Assembly: GCA_002269645.1 (NCBI GenBank)
Contig: NIVC01001697.1
Coordinates: forward strand, 62,001 to 126,000
Length of the DNA stretch: 64,000 nucleotides
Source of the DNA: Macrostomum lignano
Lineage: Eukaryota
Direction of reading: 5' to 3'
Made by a program: the position numbers and the translations under genes
Shown here: positions 12,141 to 27,324 of the stretch, one piece after another
Position numbering within the stretch: the first letter of the stretch is position 1
How the letters are laid out: each line of letters begins with the position of its first letter
The notes under the pieces: generated by a model
Seen by the model: the letters and a program-made list of their open reading frames with translations, nothing else
Told to the model about the DNA's origin: nothing
The model's database searches: none

Positions 12141-13373
12141 TCAGTCAATGGCGGTCTCCAGCACCTGCCCGGAGCAGAATCCCAGTCCGTCGCTCAGGTA
12201 CCCATCGCAGTAGGTGGAGGTGCCCACCGGGGCCTCGGTGGCGGCCGCGACAGACAGCAGCTCTTCAGCTTCTCGTCTGCCGGCCGCCCCCGCCGCCGCT
12301 CCATCGGCCACGTCTCGAGCCGGTGCCGGCCGCATTGTCAAGGCCTCCCTTCCCCGACGACCGCCGACGCCAGCAGCGGATCCGCCAGCGGCGGCGGCGT
12401 CGGCATCGCTGCAGCCGGCCTGAGCCAGCAGCCCGCCAAGTCCGGTGCGGAACGAGTCGTTCAAGAAAGCGTAGAGCACCGGGTTGCCAGCGCTGCCCAC
12501 GTAGCTCAGCAGGGTCGTCAGGTGCGAACTGTGCGCCATCCAGGCGGCCGGCTCGTCCACGGACAGGGTGAGGATGACGTGGATCCAGTGCGGCAGCGAG
12601 CAGCCCAGGTAGAAGGCCACCACAGCCGTCACCAGCATCGTCACTCGCTCGAACCTCGCCGCTGCTCCGCCGCCTCCGCCGCCTCCGCTGGCGGCCCTGG
12701 CCAGCCGCAGGCGATGCAGCTTGCGCAGAATGAGGCCGTAAAATCCGGCCAGCAGGACGGCGGGCAGCAGGCAGCCCACGGCGAACATGTACCAGCTCGA
12801 GTGCTCCGCGTCAAGGAAAAACCGGCGCAGCGGCGAGGCGGCAGCCAGGGTGCCGTTCTCGTCGAAGCTGCTGTGCACGCAGAATTTGACGTCGGTCGCA
12901 TTCAGCTCGTCCGAGCCCATGTGGTGCACGTGGGCGCAGAGGCCGATGGGCAGCATCGCCAGGGCGCCGAGGAACCACAGGGCCACCAGGAGGCTGATGG
13001 CGAAGCCGCGGCTACGGTAGCGCTGCGAGGTGAACGGCGACACGACGGCCTTGTAGCGATCGAATCCCATGGCAACGATGATGAAGATGCTGACTGTCCA
13101 GTTGGTGTAGTACAGGATGTAGTACATGGTGCAGGCGCCGGAGCCCCAGGGCCAGCTGCCCACCAGAGTGAGGTGGATCAGCGGCGGCACAGACAGCAGG
13201 TGAAGGATGTCAGCAACGGCCAGGTTAACCAGGTAGATATTGATGACCGTGTGGGCGGCCTTCTGCGTGAGCACCACAATCAGCACTAGCAGGTTTCCTA
13301 TGAAGCCCAAGGCGAATACGCAGCTCAAGGCGACATTGTTGGCCAACAGGAAGCCCCTGGACAGATCAAGCAT
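12141..13373 (-). CDS. Class A (rhodopsin-family) peptide GPCR, somatostatin/opioid/allatostatin-C receptor-like; single coding exon
   Basis: Seven hydrophobic segments with GNLLV (TM1), NLAVAD (TM2), WPWG+C (ECL1/TM3), FDRY, ECL2 Cys, CSLP (TM6) and NPVLY (TM7). First true ATG is at 13373 (MLDLSRG); the ORF-track start at 13496 is GTG. Subfamily is inferred from the TM3 likeness YYTNWTVSIF. Confidence 0.93.
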   Translation of the reverse strand: MLDLSRGFLLANNVALSCVFALGFIGNLLVLIVVLTQKAAHTVINIYLVNLAVADILHLLSVPPLIHLTLVGSWPWGSGACTMYYILYYTNWTVSIFIIVAMGFDRYKAVVSPFTSQRYRSRGFAISLLVALWFLGALAMLPIGLCAHVHHMGSDELNATDVKFCVHSSFDENGTLAAASPLRRFFLDAEHSSWYMFAVGCLLPAVLLAGFYGLILRKLHRLRLARAASGGGGGGGAAARFERVTMLVTAVVAFYLGCSLPHWIHVILTLSVDEPAAWMAHSSHLTTLLSYVGSAGNPVLYAFLNDSFRTGLGGLLAQAGCSDADAAAAGGSAAGVGGRRGREALTMRPAPARDVADGAAAGAAGRREAEELLSVAAATEAPVGTSTYCDGYLSDGLGFCSGQVLETAID

Positions 13374-14195
13374 CCTCGGGGAGTTTCGATGGCAGCGCTG
13401 CCGCTGTCGGTCTGTCAAATCTGACTGTTGCCCTGTCCGATGACCTTTCCTAGAAATTCCTTGACGTATGCAGCCGGTGCAGTGGCTGGTCTGCACTTCT
13501 TCTAGCAGCTGAGATTAGCGTAAGGGGATATTCCTATGGAATGGCACGTACGCTTCATCTCAGTCGGGCCACTGCGTCTTATTGGCACGAAATCCCCTCT
13601 CCCCAAGAATGCGCCTCGGGATTGGCTGAAGCTATGAAAACTGCAAGAAATATGCACTCTCGAGTGCAGAATGCTGCAAGTAGTATATTTACGTGCATAC
13701 TCTGAATTTGTCTGTATCTTTGTGCATTTGTGAATCTACTAAGGTCTTTGTGAATTTGTAATCCTGCTGAGGTCATGTTCAGTCAAAGCCCAGAACAGGC
13801 ACACATTAACCACTACAAGAAGTCATTAATCATTAACGCCCCACATGTAAAAAATGGATTCATATTCGAATTATAATTTTGCAAATAAGCCTATCTGGCA
13901 CACAATCTGCACATTGATTTTGCTCGCATGGGGCGGCTTTGACTTGCTGATTAGGGAAGGGTCAAAATGGAAAATGCTGATTTTAATTGACGCTGATCCC
14001 CCCGCGACCCTCAAGCCTTCGCGCTCTTCTTTCAGCCGAAGGAGAAAAAATATCTATGAAAAATTGAAAAAGCGCCTTTCTCGGCATGTTTTGCTCCGTA
14101 CTCCCTTTTATAACTCTTCATTTCTGCTTGCTCTGCTAAGGTTGAATCTGACTGATCTTTGCGTGCCTTGTTAGGGTGCTAGTGGTGCCAAGATA

Positions 14196-14500
14196 AGGAG
14201 CGCCAGTGGCGCCAGACTAAAGAGCGCCAGGGGCGTCAAACAGACTAAAAAGCGCCAGTGGCGCCAGACTAAAGAGCGCCAGGGGCGCCATGCAGACTAA
14301 AGAGCGCCAGGGGCGCCATGCAGACTAAAGAGCGCCAGGGGCGCCATAGAAACTAAAGAGCACCAGTGGCGCCAGACTAAAGAGCGCCAGGGGCGCCATG
14401 CAGAATAAAGAGCGCCAGGGGCGTCAGACTAAAGAGCACCAGTGGCGCCAGACTAAAGAGCGCCAGGGGCGTCAGACTAAAGAGCGCCAGGGGCGCCAAC
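14196..14500. repeat. ~24-bp minisatellite agcgccaggggcgccagactaaag
   Basis: Direct tandem units with 24-26-bp variants. Confidence 0.9.
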
Positions 14501-15021
14501 CTAAACAAAATTACGGTTGCGCTACCCAGATGCGCCCTAACAAGTGGAAATCTTTTCTACCTGACCAACTATTTTTAAGACCTTGGACTCCACACAGCCT
14601 ATACCATTTTCACTGTGAGCAGGGCAAGATTTATTTCTTACTTTCGGCCACAATTCTCGCGCACAGAGTGTACGGCGGAGGTAAAAAGAAGAAGTAAAGA
14701 AAAAATCTCTTGCTTCAATTGAATTTTTGCTGGCGTTTTTTTCTGCCCCTGCACTGCCGGCCAGAACTGTGCATCCTACTCTCAGCTGTACACAGCTTCG
14801 AAACTCGAGTTAAATGAGCTTATTTATGGTCGAGCTCAAAGCTGAGTCGGTAGCCGCAGGAAAAGTTATTAAGCTATATAAAACACAAAGCCACCAGATT
14901 TCAACTACCAAATTCTGTGAATCCATGGTAACCAAGCTGCTGCTACTGGCTACGCAACGATTCAAACAAACCAATTAAACAAACCAACCATTTCGACGCA
15001 ACAGTTTGACAGCTCGACGAA

Positions 15022-17254
15022 ATGGGTCAGGGATTGGGCCGGAAAGAGTGCGAAGAGGTTCAGCGGAATTATCGATGTGAGTTGGGGAGTTGAGCTTCGA
15101 TCGATGTGCCACTTCTAGGGAGTTTGGGGCGCCATTTTGAGAGTTAGGGGCGCCATTTTGAGTTAGGGGCGCCATTTTGAGAGTTAGGGGCGCCACTTTT
15201 AGAGAGTTAGGGACGTCACTTTTAGAGAGTTAGGGGCGCCACTTTTAGAGAGTTAGGGGCGCCACTTTTAGAGAGTTAGGGGCGCCACTTTTAGAGAGTT
15301 AGGGGCGCCACTTTTAGAGAGTTAGGAGCCTCATTTTGAGAGTTAGGGGCGCCACTTTTAGAGTTAGGAGCCTCATTTTGAGAGTTAGGGGCGCCACTTT
15401 TAGAGAGTTAGGAGCCTCATTTTGAGAGTTAGGGGCGCCACTTTTAGAGAGCTTGGGGCGCGTTTTTAGGGAGTTAGAGGCGGCATTTTTAGGGAGTTAG
15501 GGGCGCCACTTTTTGGACAGTCCGTTTGAGAGGGTTCTTACCAATCAGACCGCCAATGCCTCACCAACCCTTCCCAAATATCGCAGTGGACGAAGACGAA
15601 CTGGACGCCTGGGTTCGCGTGTTCCAGCGCTACTGCCGGCGCCGTCGTAGCAACGAGATGGACTTCGACGGCTTCTGCAAGGCTTTCGCCGAGAGCGGCG
15701 AGTCCAGGGCAAATTTGCAGAAGATTTTCGCCGTGTTCGATTGGGACAAAAACGGCGTGATCTCCTTCAACGAGTTCATGTTCGCCGTGCTGGTGAACAG
15801 CAGGGTGTCCTCGAGAGTCAAGTTAAAGTGTGCGTGCTGGGTCGGGGGCTGAGTGGGTCATTAGATCTATTAATCAAGAAATCTGTGGGTCAAGGGATTG
15901 CTGGGTCAAGGGATCTGTGGGTCAAGGGATTGCTGGGTTAAAGAATCTGTTCGTCAGTGGATCTATGGGTCAAGGGATCTGTGAGTGAAGTTATCTGTGG
16001 GTCAGTGGATCTGTGGGTAAAAGGATCTGTGGGTCAAGAGATCTGTGGGTCAAGGGATCTGTGGGTCAGTAGATCTGTGGGTCAAGGGATCGGTGGGTCA
16101 GTGGATCAGTGGGTCAAGGGATCTGTGGGTCAGTAGATCTGTGGGTCAAGGGATCTGTGGGTCAGTAGATCTGTGGGTCAAGGGATCTGTGGGTCAGTGG
16201 ATCAGTGCGTCAAGTGATCTGTGAGTCAAGGGATTTTTGGGTCAAGGGATCTGTGGGTTAATGGGATCTGTGGGTTAATGGATCAGTGAGTCAATGGATC
16301 TGAGGGTCAAGGGATCTGTGGGTTAATGGATCAGTGAGTCAATGGATTTGAGGGTCAATTTTCCGATCAAAAGATTTAAAGTAAGTAGAACTCGAGAACA
16401 AAGTTTATGCATCAAAAGAAGTCTGCTTCGGTGACAATATCTTTTAAGTAAAAGTTACATGGCACCTGTCCACATTTGCAGTCGCATTCGATATGATTGA
16501 CCGAGACGGGAATGGCGAGATTGACGAGAGAGAGCTAATGGACCTGGTGTTCCGCATCAGCTCCACCAAGTCCATGCTCATGTTCGATGATGAAACTCCT
16601 ATAAGCGAAGAGCTAGTGCACGATACTTTTAGAAATATGGACACCGTGAGTGAAAACAATATTATTCAGTGTTGTTATAGTGACTAGACTCGCAGTGACT
16701 GCCACAATTTGTGCCACAATCAGTGCCACAATCAGTAACACAGTCAGTGCCACAATCAGTGCCACAATCAGTGCCACAGACAGTGCACAATCAATGCCAC
16801 AATCAATGCCACAGACAGTGCCACAATCAGTGCCACAGACAGTGCACAATCAATGCCACAATCAATGCCACAGACAGTGCCACAATCAGTGCCACAGACA
16901 GTGCACAATCAATGCCACAATCAATGCCACAATCAATGCCACAGACAGTGCCACAATCAGTGCCACAATCAGTGCCACAATCAGTGCAACAATCAGTAAC
17001 ACAGTCAGTGCCACAATCAGTGCCACAATCAGTAACACAGTCAGTGCCACAATCAGTGCCACAATCAGTAACACAGTCAGTGCCACAATCAGTGCCACAG
17101 TTAGTCAGGGCAGTGCCGCTTCCCAACTGGCATTCAAAAAATCCCTCTCACACCGCAGAACGGTGATGGCAGCATCTCGCTCGATGAGTTCATGGAGCAG
17201 GTGGGCCGCCACGGAGAGTGGATTCTGAAGCTGCTGGAAATCCGTCATCGCTGA
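15022..17254 (+). CDS. Neuronal calcium sensor family EF-hand protein (neurocalcin/hippocalcin/frequenin-like), paralog 1, 185 aa
   Basis: Exons 15022-15076, 15587-15829, 16482-16645, 17159-17254 (558 nt), all GT-AG with matching phases. N-terminus MGQGLG fits the N-myristoylation pattern. EF loops DWDKNGVISFNE, DRDGNGEIDERE, DTNGDGSISLDE; degenerate EF1; NCS-type KLKFAFDMID. Confidence 0.9.
15121..15515. repeat. 21-23-bp minisatellite gagttaggggcgccactttta(ga), NCS paralog 1 intron 1
   Basis: Direct tandem units. Confidence 0.92.
15875..16356. repeat. 16-bp minisatellite gggtcaagggatctgt, NCS paralog 1 intron 2
   Basis: Direct tandem units with gggtcagtagatctgt variants. Confidence 0.9.
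16697..17100. repeat. 12-bp minisatellite gtgccacaatca, NCS paralog 1 intron 3
   Basis: Direct tandem units with 12/13-bp variants. Confidence 0.92.
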
Positions 17255-17583
17255 GAGTTGGAACTGCTTCACCCAGCTGCGAAAGCAGTTCTCGCGAATT
17301 CCAGTACAACTAGCAAAATTTGTAAACGCTCCATGTTTGTAAATTATTATCTAATGTTCGTCGCTATTGTCTATTAATTCGAAATCATATTTTTGCTATG
17401 TTCAACTGCTTTGTGTATTGAGTGTGTTAAATGTGCCTCATAACATGTGATAGTCCCAATTATTTATGTCCATATATATTGGTTTTCTTTGCTTGAGATT
17501 TTACCTATTCAGAAAATAAACTAAAGAATGTCGTCTGTTCGCCTAACAATTGTTGCACCATTCCAAAGTTAAAGAGATACTAA

Positions 17584-18006
17584 AATAACTAGATGGGCCA
17601 CTCAGGCATATAATACTTAGTAAAACGCTTTCTACTTTCAGTTCAGTAGCAAAGAAGAATATATAAGCTATTTTATAAAATAAAGGCAGATGAAATGACT
17701 GATAAGTTTAGAAGCCCAAGCTTGCAGACGTAAACAGCTTGCTAATTGGTTCAGCAATAATGTACATTGGCCAGTCCACTGAAATGTACATACCAGCTTT
17801 AAGCTTGAATTCCGAAGAAGGCAATAAAAATTGGGGTGGGGCGGGGGGTAGTGTTAAAAGGCGCGGTTGGAGAGTTTATGCTAGGAGTAAGAGCCGCCAG
17901 TAAATGAGCCTTGGCTTTAAAAATACATTAAAATGCTGCTGTTTAACTTACTACTGAACTGAAAGTAGTTTACTCGCAAATGTGCTGAGTGGCCCATCTA
18001 GTTATT
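17584..18006. mobile_element. MITE (~420 bp) between the two NCS genes
   Basis: Perfect 22-bp inverted ends aataactagatgggccactcag / ctgagtggcccatctagttatt, plus an inner inverted pair ctactttcagttcagtag / ctactgaactgaaagtag. Superfamily unassigned. Confidence 0.8.
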
Positions 18007-18538
18007 CTAGAATCTGTGCTCTGCCCTAGGAAAAGTTGGTCACTGCTGCCCTGCAGACAATCATGTGGCGCGTTTTCATGGCCACATGACTACACTGGAC
18101 GCTACCCGCTCTTTCACTCCCCCTCTCTGGACAATCGAACAACCGTACAATTGCAGCAGCAGCAGTGACGAGCGGTTTCTGGGTGCATGACCGAATGAAG
18201 AAGCTCAATATAGCCTATCCTATTCTTCTCTTCTTTACTCCTACACTGAGACCTATAGGCATTTGAGTGAGGAGTGAGAACACGAGAGAGTACAGATTTA
18301 TTATTACTACCTTAATTCTCTCTCTCTCTCTCTCTGCTGCGTTTACAATGCAACCTACATTGTACATGCGACTCTCTGCTAAACAGAAAGGTGAAAAAAG
18401 CATTGAAAAAAATACAAAACAGATGAAAGCAACGAATGAAGCTAGAGAACCACAGGCAACCTCATATTGCAATTACAGTTCAACGAAATTCACAAAGACT
18501 CCAACAGTTTTACAGACATCTGGAATCTGGACTAAGCA

Positions 18539-22526
<3,988 letters not shown>

Positions 22527-23257
22527 GCTTGGACAACGGTCTGAGATTATATACTGACGAATAACATAGGATATTTATTTGTAAAATCTTCACAAAATTG
22601 ATTTTACATACGCCTGTGCAGTGTGCATACATTCTTATACATTATAAAGATCCTGCTGGAGTGTGTACAATATTTTTTTCAAAAACAGCTATAGACTTTG
22701 CACAATGTGCAATTAATCTTACATGTGCCACTGTGTCTATCCAACTCACTGCTTGGTAGCTATAATGACAGCTCAGAGCTGACTGCTTCAGCTAGGCCGC
22801 CTGCCCCAAGGCACAGAGAGATTGAGTGTACATACCTTAAATCCGAAATTCGCCAAATGGACTACACAGACCAAGGAATTGCACAATGTACATGTACTCG
22901 TACGAGCGTACGAGCTTCCGCAGTGAAATACAAATCAACCCATCGTATGCATTTATATTGTTAACATTTCTTAATTTAAATTGGTCCAAATATAAATTAG
23001 GCAAGTCTTTCTCAGGACACTTGTACTAAGCTTGTACAGCCGTGCATGGCCTGCTGTTGGGAACAGTGCCAAGCGCCCGGCAACTCCGGGCGGATTAAAT
23101 GTATTAAAAATGTAAAAATACCAATTTAGCAGCGACATCGACGTAGAGGTCGGAAATATCGGCTGTCGTCGTCGAAGTGTTTTCGGGTACGTTTGTCTGC
23201 TTGTTAATGTTTGTCATGATATTGTTTGTTTGTCTGTTTGTTTTTGTTTGATTGTCC

Positions 23258-23530
<273 letters not shown>

Positions 23531-24692
23531 ACGTGATACTGTCTGTGTTTGCATGTACGTGGATATCTGGCCATTGTTTTTCAAAGATATTTGCATTTCA
23601 GTTTAACTGGACCTCCAGCCTGGTAGTAGACCTAAACCTATAAACAGGAATCCATAGTTTACACACATGTAGTTTCTGGTCTTCCGCGGGTGTAGACCAC
23701 CCAGGCGATTTACACATGTACTAGCTGAAGCGAAGAATTACTTGTATGGCCCAATTGTATATGTTGAAGTGAAAGATAGTATGAGAGTAAAGAGTACATA
23801 CATGGTACATGGAAATTATAGTAAGAGAATTGCGTTAGCTTTCTGTTTTTCACCCCATATAGTGTGGCAGGATTGGGACCAACAATAAGGACAACAGTAG
23901 TTGAATTCATGGGGGTCATGACCCCCCAGCTGAACCAGCAGGCCAAATTTTAAGCACCCGGCCCGACCTCCCCTGTCGCAGAGGCCTACACCCCCTGCCC
24001 CCCCCCCGGTTGCCGTTGTGAGCCTGTGACTGTGACCCCCCCCCAGAAGGAAATCCTGGCTACGCCACTGGTTGAATTACGTCTTTCTTATTTGTACATG
24101 TATGTACATGTGTCTATTTTAATTCAATATTCATTGCAGGTCCATTGTGGGTCTTTATAACAATTAGAATCTAGTAATTGAGTGGATCGGCTGCTCTCTA
24201 CAAAAGTGTAACAGCAGTGGTATTATGAGCAACAGTGAGTCTATCAGAAAGCCTAACATAATTTCTTTCGACTTTGTTTTCGACCCATAAGCAATATCGA
24301 TGTAACAGTCTGCCCATTCCGGAAGCGGCTATGCATAAAGTGTTTAGAATTAAACTAATAGCTAAGAAAAAAATTTAACATTTAATTTCTTTTACGTCTG
24401 CTTTTTTATTAAAGAGTTTAAAAAGTTAAAACTTATTTTAAATTTTTTGTTATTTATTTGAGTGTGAAAAATTTTAAGTCTTGACTTTCCATGACCTTCA
24501 CATAATTTCTAGAATCTAGTAGTAATCGAGTGTTAGAGTAACTCTTAACATACTACATTTAAAAAATGTTAAATACAAGCAAACATTTCTTCTTGTGTTG
24601 TTTTTTGTATTGCTGCATTTTGTTGGGGTCAGATCGACCCTTGTCACTAATAGTTAACTTAAATCAAGATTTCTCAATTTATAACTCTCGTT

Positions 24693-26934
24693 GGTACCCG
24701 GTAAAATGTGGAATCCGCAACGGAATCGGAATGGAATAGTACGGTAAAACGCGGAATCCGCAGCGGAATGGTAAACTGCGGAACGAAGTGCGGATTCCGC
24801 ATATTAAAGTAAAACGCGGAATGCGAAAATGAAAAAAGTAAAATGCGGAATGAAAACTAACTGAATTATACTTTTATTCATCACCTTATATTTAAAAAAA
24901 CATCTGAAATTTATGTACATTTTTTCTGAAGAAATTGTTTTTCATTGTCACTATGACACTCAAATCAAATCTGTTGATCTTCCCTTAGCAAAATCCTCAG
25001 CAGAATGGTTAAGATACAGTAATTTTCGGAATGAAGATAGAGCTTTGGCAACTTATTTAAGGTAAATTCATACTCTGGAAGCGAAAGTGCATACTACGTA
25101 CAATTTTTATATTTAATGTATTTCAAAAGTGCCCGCTGACATGTGGCGAGAAGTCATCCTACATCCTATTGCTGTCAAAAAAAATCGTAGCATTAAATGT
25201 GCATTTCTAAAAAAAAATATATCCGAAACTTTAGGACAAGATAGATTTTAGCGAAGCTAAAATTACGATTTGCAAGACGCTTTTACGTTTTTAGTGTCAA
25301 GAAAGGCAGTAAATAGTTCAAGGAAGCATGGAAAGTCAGATCAGTATGGAAGGTCAGTACCCTCTGGGAAAATTGCCGGCAAATCGCAAGCGAATTGTCA
25401 GCGAGACAGCGAAGTAGTGGCGACATTTTTTTTGTTTTGCACAAGCTAAAATCCCTGCGCAACTGTAATGGTGATTATATTGTAAAGATTGTTTGGCTTA
25501 GTTTTCATGTATTGTATTCATCATCCTTATTGGGTCATTTACTATTTGGTTATGAGAGATTAGAGACTAATATCCGATGGCCATGGCACAATATATTCGA
25601 CAAATAAGTTTTTGTTAGTATGTCAAACTACTAAAGGAAACAAAGTGACCTAAGCTAACTGAAAAAAGACAATTAGAATAATCTTTCGAAATAGTAACCA
25701 ATTCCTTTTTGGAACGACTACTAAATGACTACTAAAATTATGTTAAATCATGTTCGTGTGCTAAATTTACTGTCCATTCCATTTAAATTGTCAAAAAGGA
25801 TCTAGTCTATAAACGTGGCTTGGTCGCTTTCTAGTTTCTTTTAGTTGGACCCTTGTCAGCAGCCTCCTAACTCGTGCAGCAATCAAATTTGCAATGTGCT
25901 TTTTTATTAGTTATTTAGTTTTTTGTCAACGTTTAACTAGTAATTACAGACTGCAGTCTTTTAGAGTTGGGTGAGGGAACTGAAATTGAAGCCAAGCTGA
26001 TTATGCTTGTGACTGATTAAAGCCTACGGCTGTTGTTCAACTGCTGGGCTGTTGTTTCGGGTCATAGTCACATAGAGGCTCTACCCGCACACCCGTAAAG
26101 CGGGTTGTTGTCGCCTGTAAACCCTCTTCGGAACTTAATCTCGTGGGCTTTGTCCACAGAAAAGTTAATGCATAGATTCAATCAAACAGTACATTTAGAA
26201 AATTAGCTGTTAATAGTTGGTCGCATCAAAAAGGATGTCCAGGAAAGGGTTTTGCTTGTACGTTAGGTTCCCTTGTAGCACATTTTGGCACTTGGAAATC
26301 AGGCCAGGTCCATGCATAAGCACTTTTTAATATCATGATTGATTTAAAAATTGTGATAAACTGGCGCGGAAGCCTAGCGCAAGTAAGCATCATGGTAACA
26401 CTTCCGAATGCATTTGCAAGATAGGCAAATGGAATATTTAAACATTTCTTGCAAAGAAATTTATTTCTGTATTTTTAGCGTGTACTTATTTCCGAAAACT
26501 GCACAATATGTTGTTAATATACATTCCGATGATAGAAACTTTATTTGACACTACAAAAAATCAGCTTCTAAATAAATTAAGCTATATATACATGTAGCTA
26601 GATAGCTATTTGTAGTCTTTAGTACATGTTGATGTTGATGAATAAAAGTATAATTCAGTTAGTTTTCATTCCACATTTTACTTTTTTCATTTTCGCATTC
26701 CGCGTTTTACTTTAATATGCGGAATCCGCACTTCGTTCCGCAGTTTACCATTCCGCTGCGGATTCCGCGTTTTACCGTACTATTCCATTCCGATTCCGTT
26801 GCGGATTCCGCATTTTACTTTAATATGCGGAATCCGCACTTCGTTCCGCAGTTTACCATTCCGCTGCGGATTCCGCGTTTTACCGTACTATTCCATTCCG
26901 ATTCCGTTGCGGATTCCGCATTTTACCGGGTACC
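24693..26934. mobile_element. Non-autonomous Mutator-like (MULE) DNA transposon, ~2.2 kb
   Basis: ~200-bp TIRs (ggtacccggtaaaatg... / ...cattttaccgggtacc). Exact 9-bp TSD ACTCTCGTT at 24684-24692 and 26935-26943. No transposase ORF seen. Confidence 0.85.
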
Positions 26935-27324
26935 ACTCTCGTTAGGGGTCGGTCGGACGATATCATCATACGATACGAGCTATTCGAGATTTTTGAGACT
27001 CGATCTATTTTCAAGATAATCGAGATTCTATGACTCGAGAGATTCGTGATTGAGCTTGATTAGCATCTAGTAGACCTACTTACACTTACACTAGGCCTAT
27101 TCTACCTATCAATGCTAGTATCTTTTTATTAAATGTTTATAAGTATGATAATGATATAGATTATAGAAAGAAAAAAATTATTTAATAATGAGCTTGTTAG
27201 TAACTTGATCTGACGTGATGTACATCAAGTATAAAAATGATAATGTTGTAGTCACCAATAGTCACATAGTCAAGGCAGATATGAGTTTGGCCTAGCAAAT
27301 GGTAGGGGCTCTATATATTTAAAT

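Noticed and set aside
12522-13289. 255-aa plus-strand ORF opposite the GPCR (similar antisense ORFs over the channel, GT32 and pol genes)
   Set aside because: Shadow frames of GC-rich coding sequence with no recognisable motifs.
14875-14882. TATA box (tatataaa) ~140 bp upstream of NCS paralog 1
   Set aside because: Plausible, but such words are common in AT-rich DNA and there are no TSS data.
15121-15515. Interstitial telomere because the units contain TTAGGG
   Set aside because: The hexamer occurs once per 21-23-bp unit and is never tandem.
15526-15586. ORF-track N-termini for the EF-hand genes (15526 and 19303)
   Set aside because: Paralog similarity starts exactly at cag|tgga acceptors, and upstream MG exons with matching phase exist.
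24040-24070. Solo MITE-like terminus cctggctacgccactg
   Set aside because: No partner inverted end could be located.
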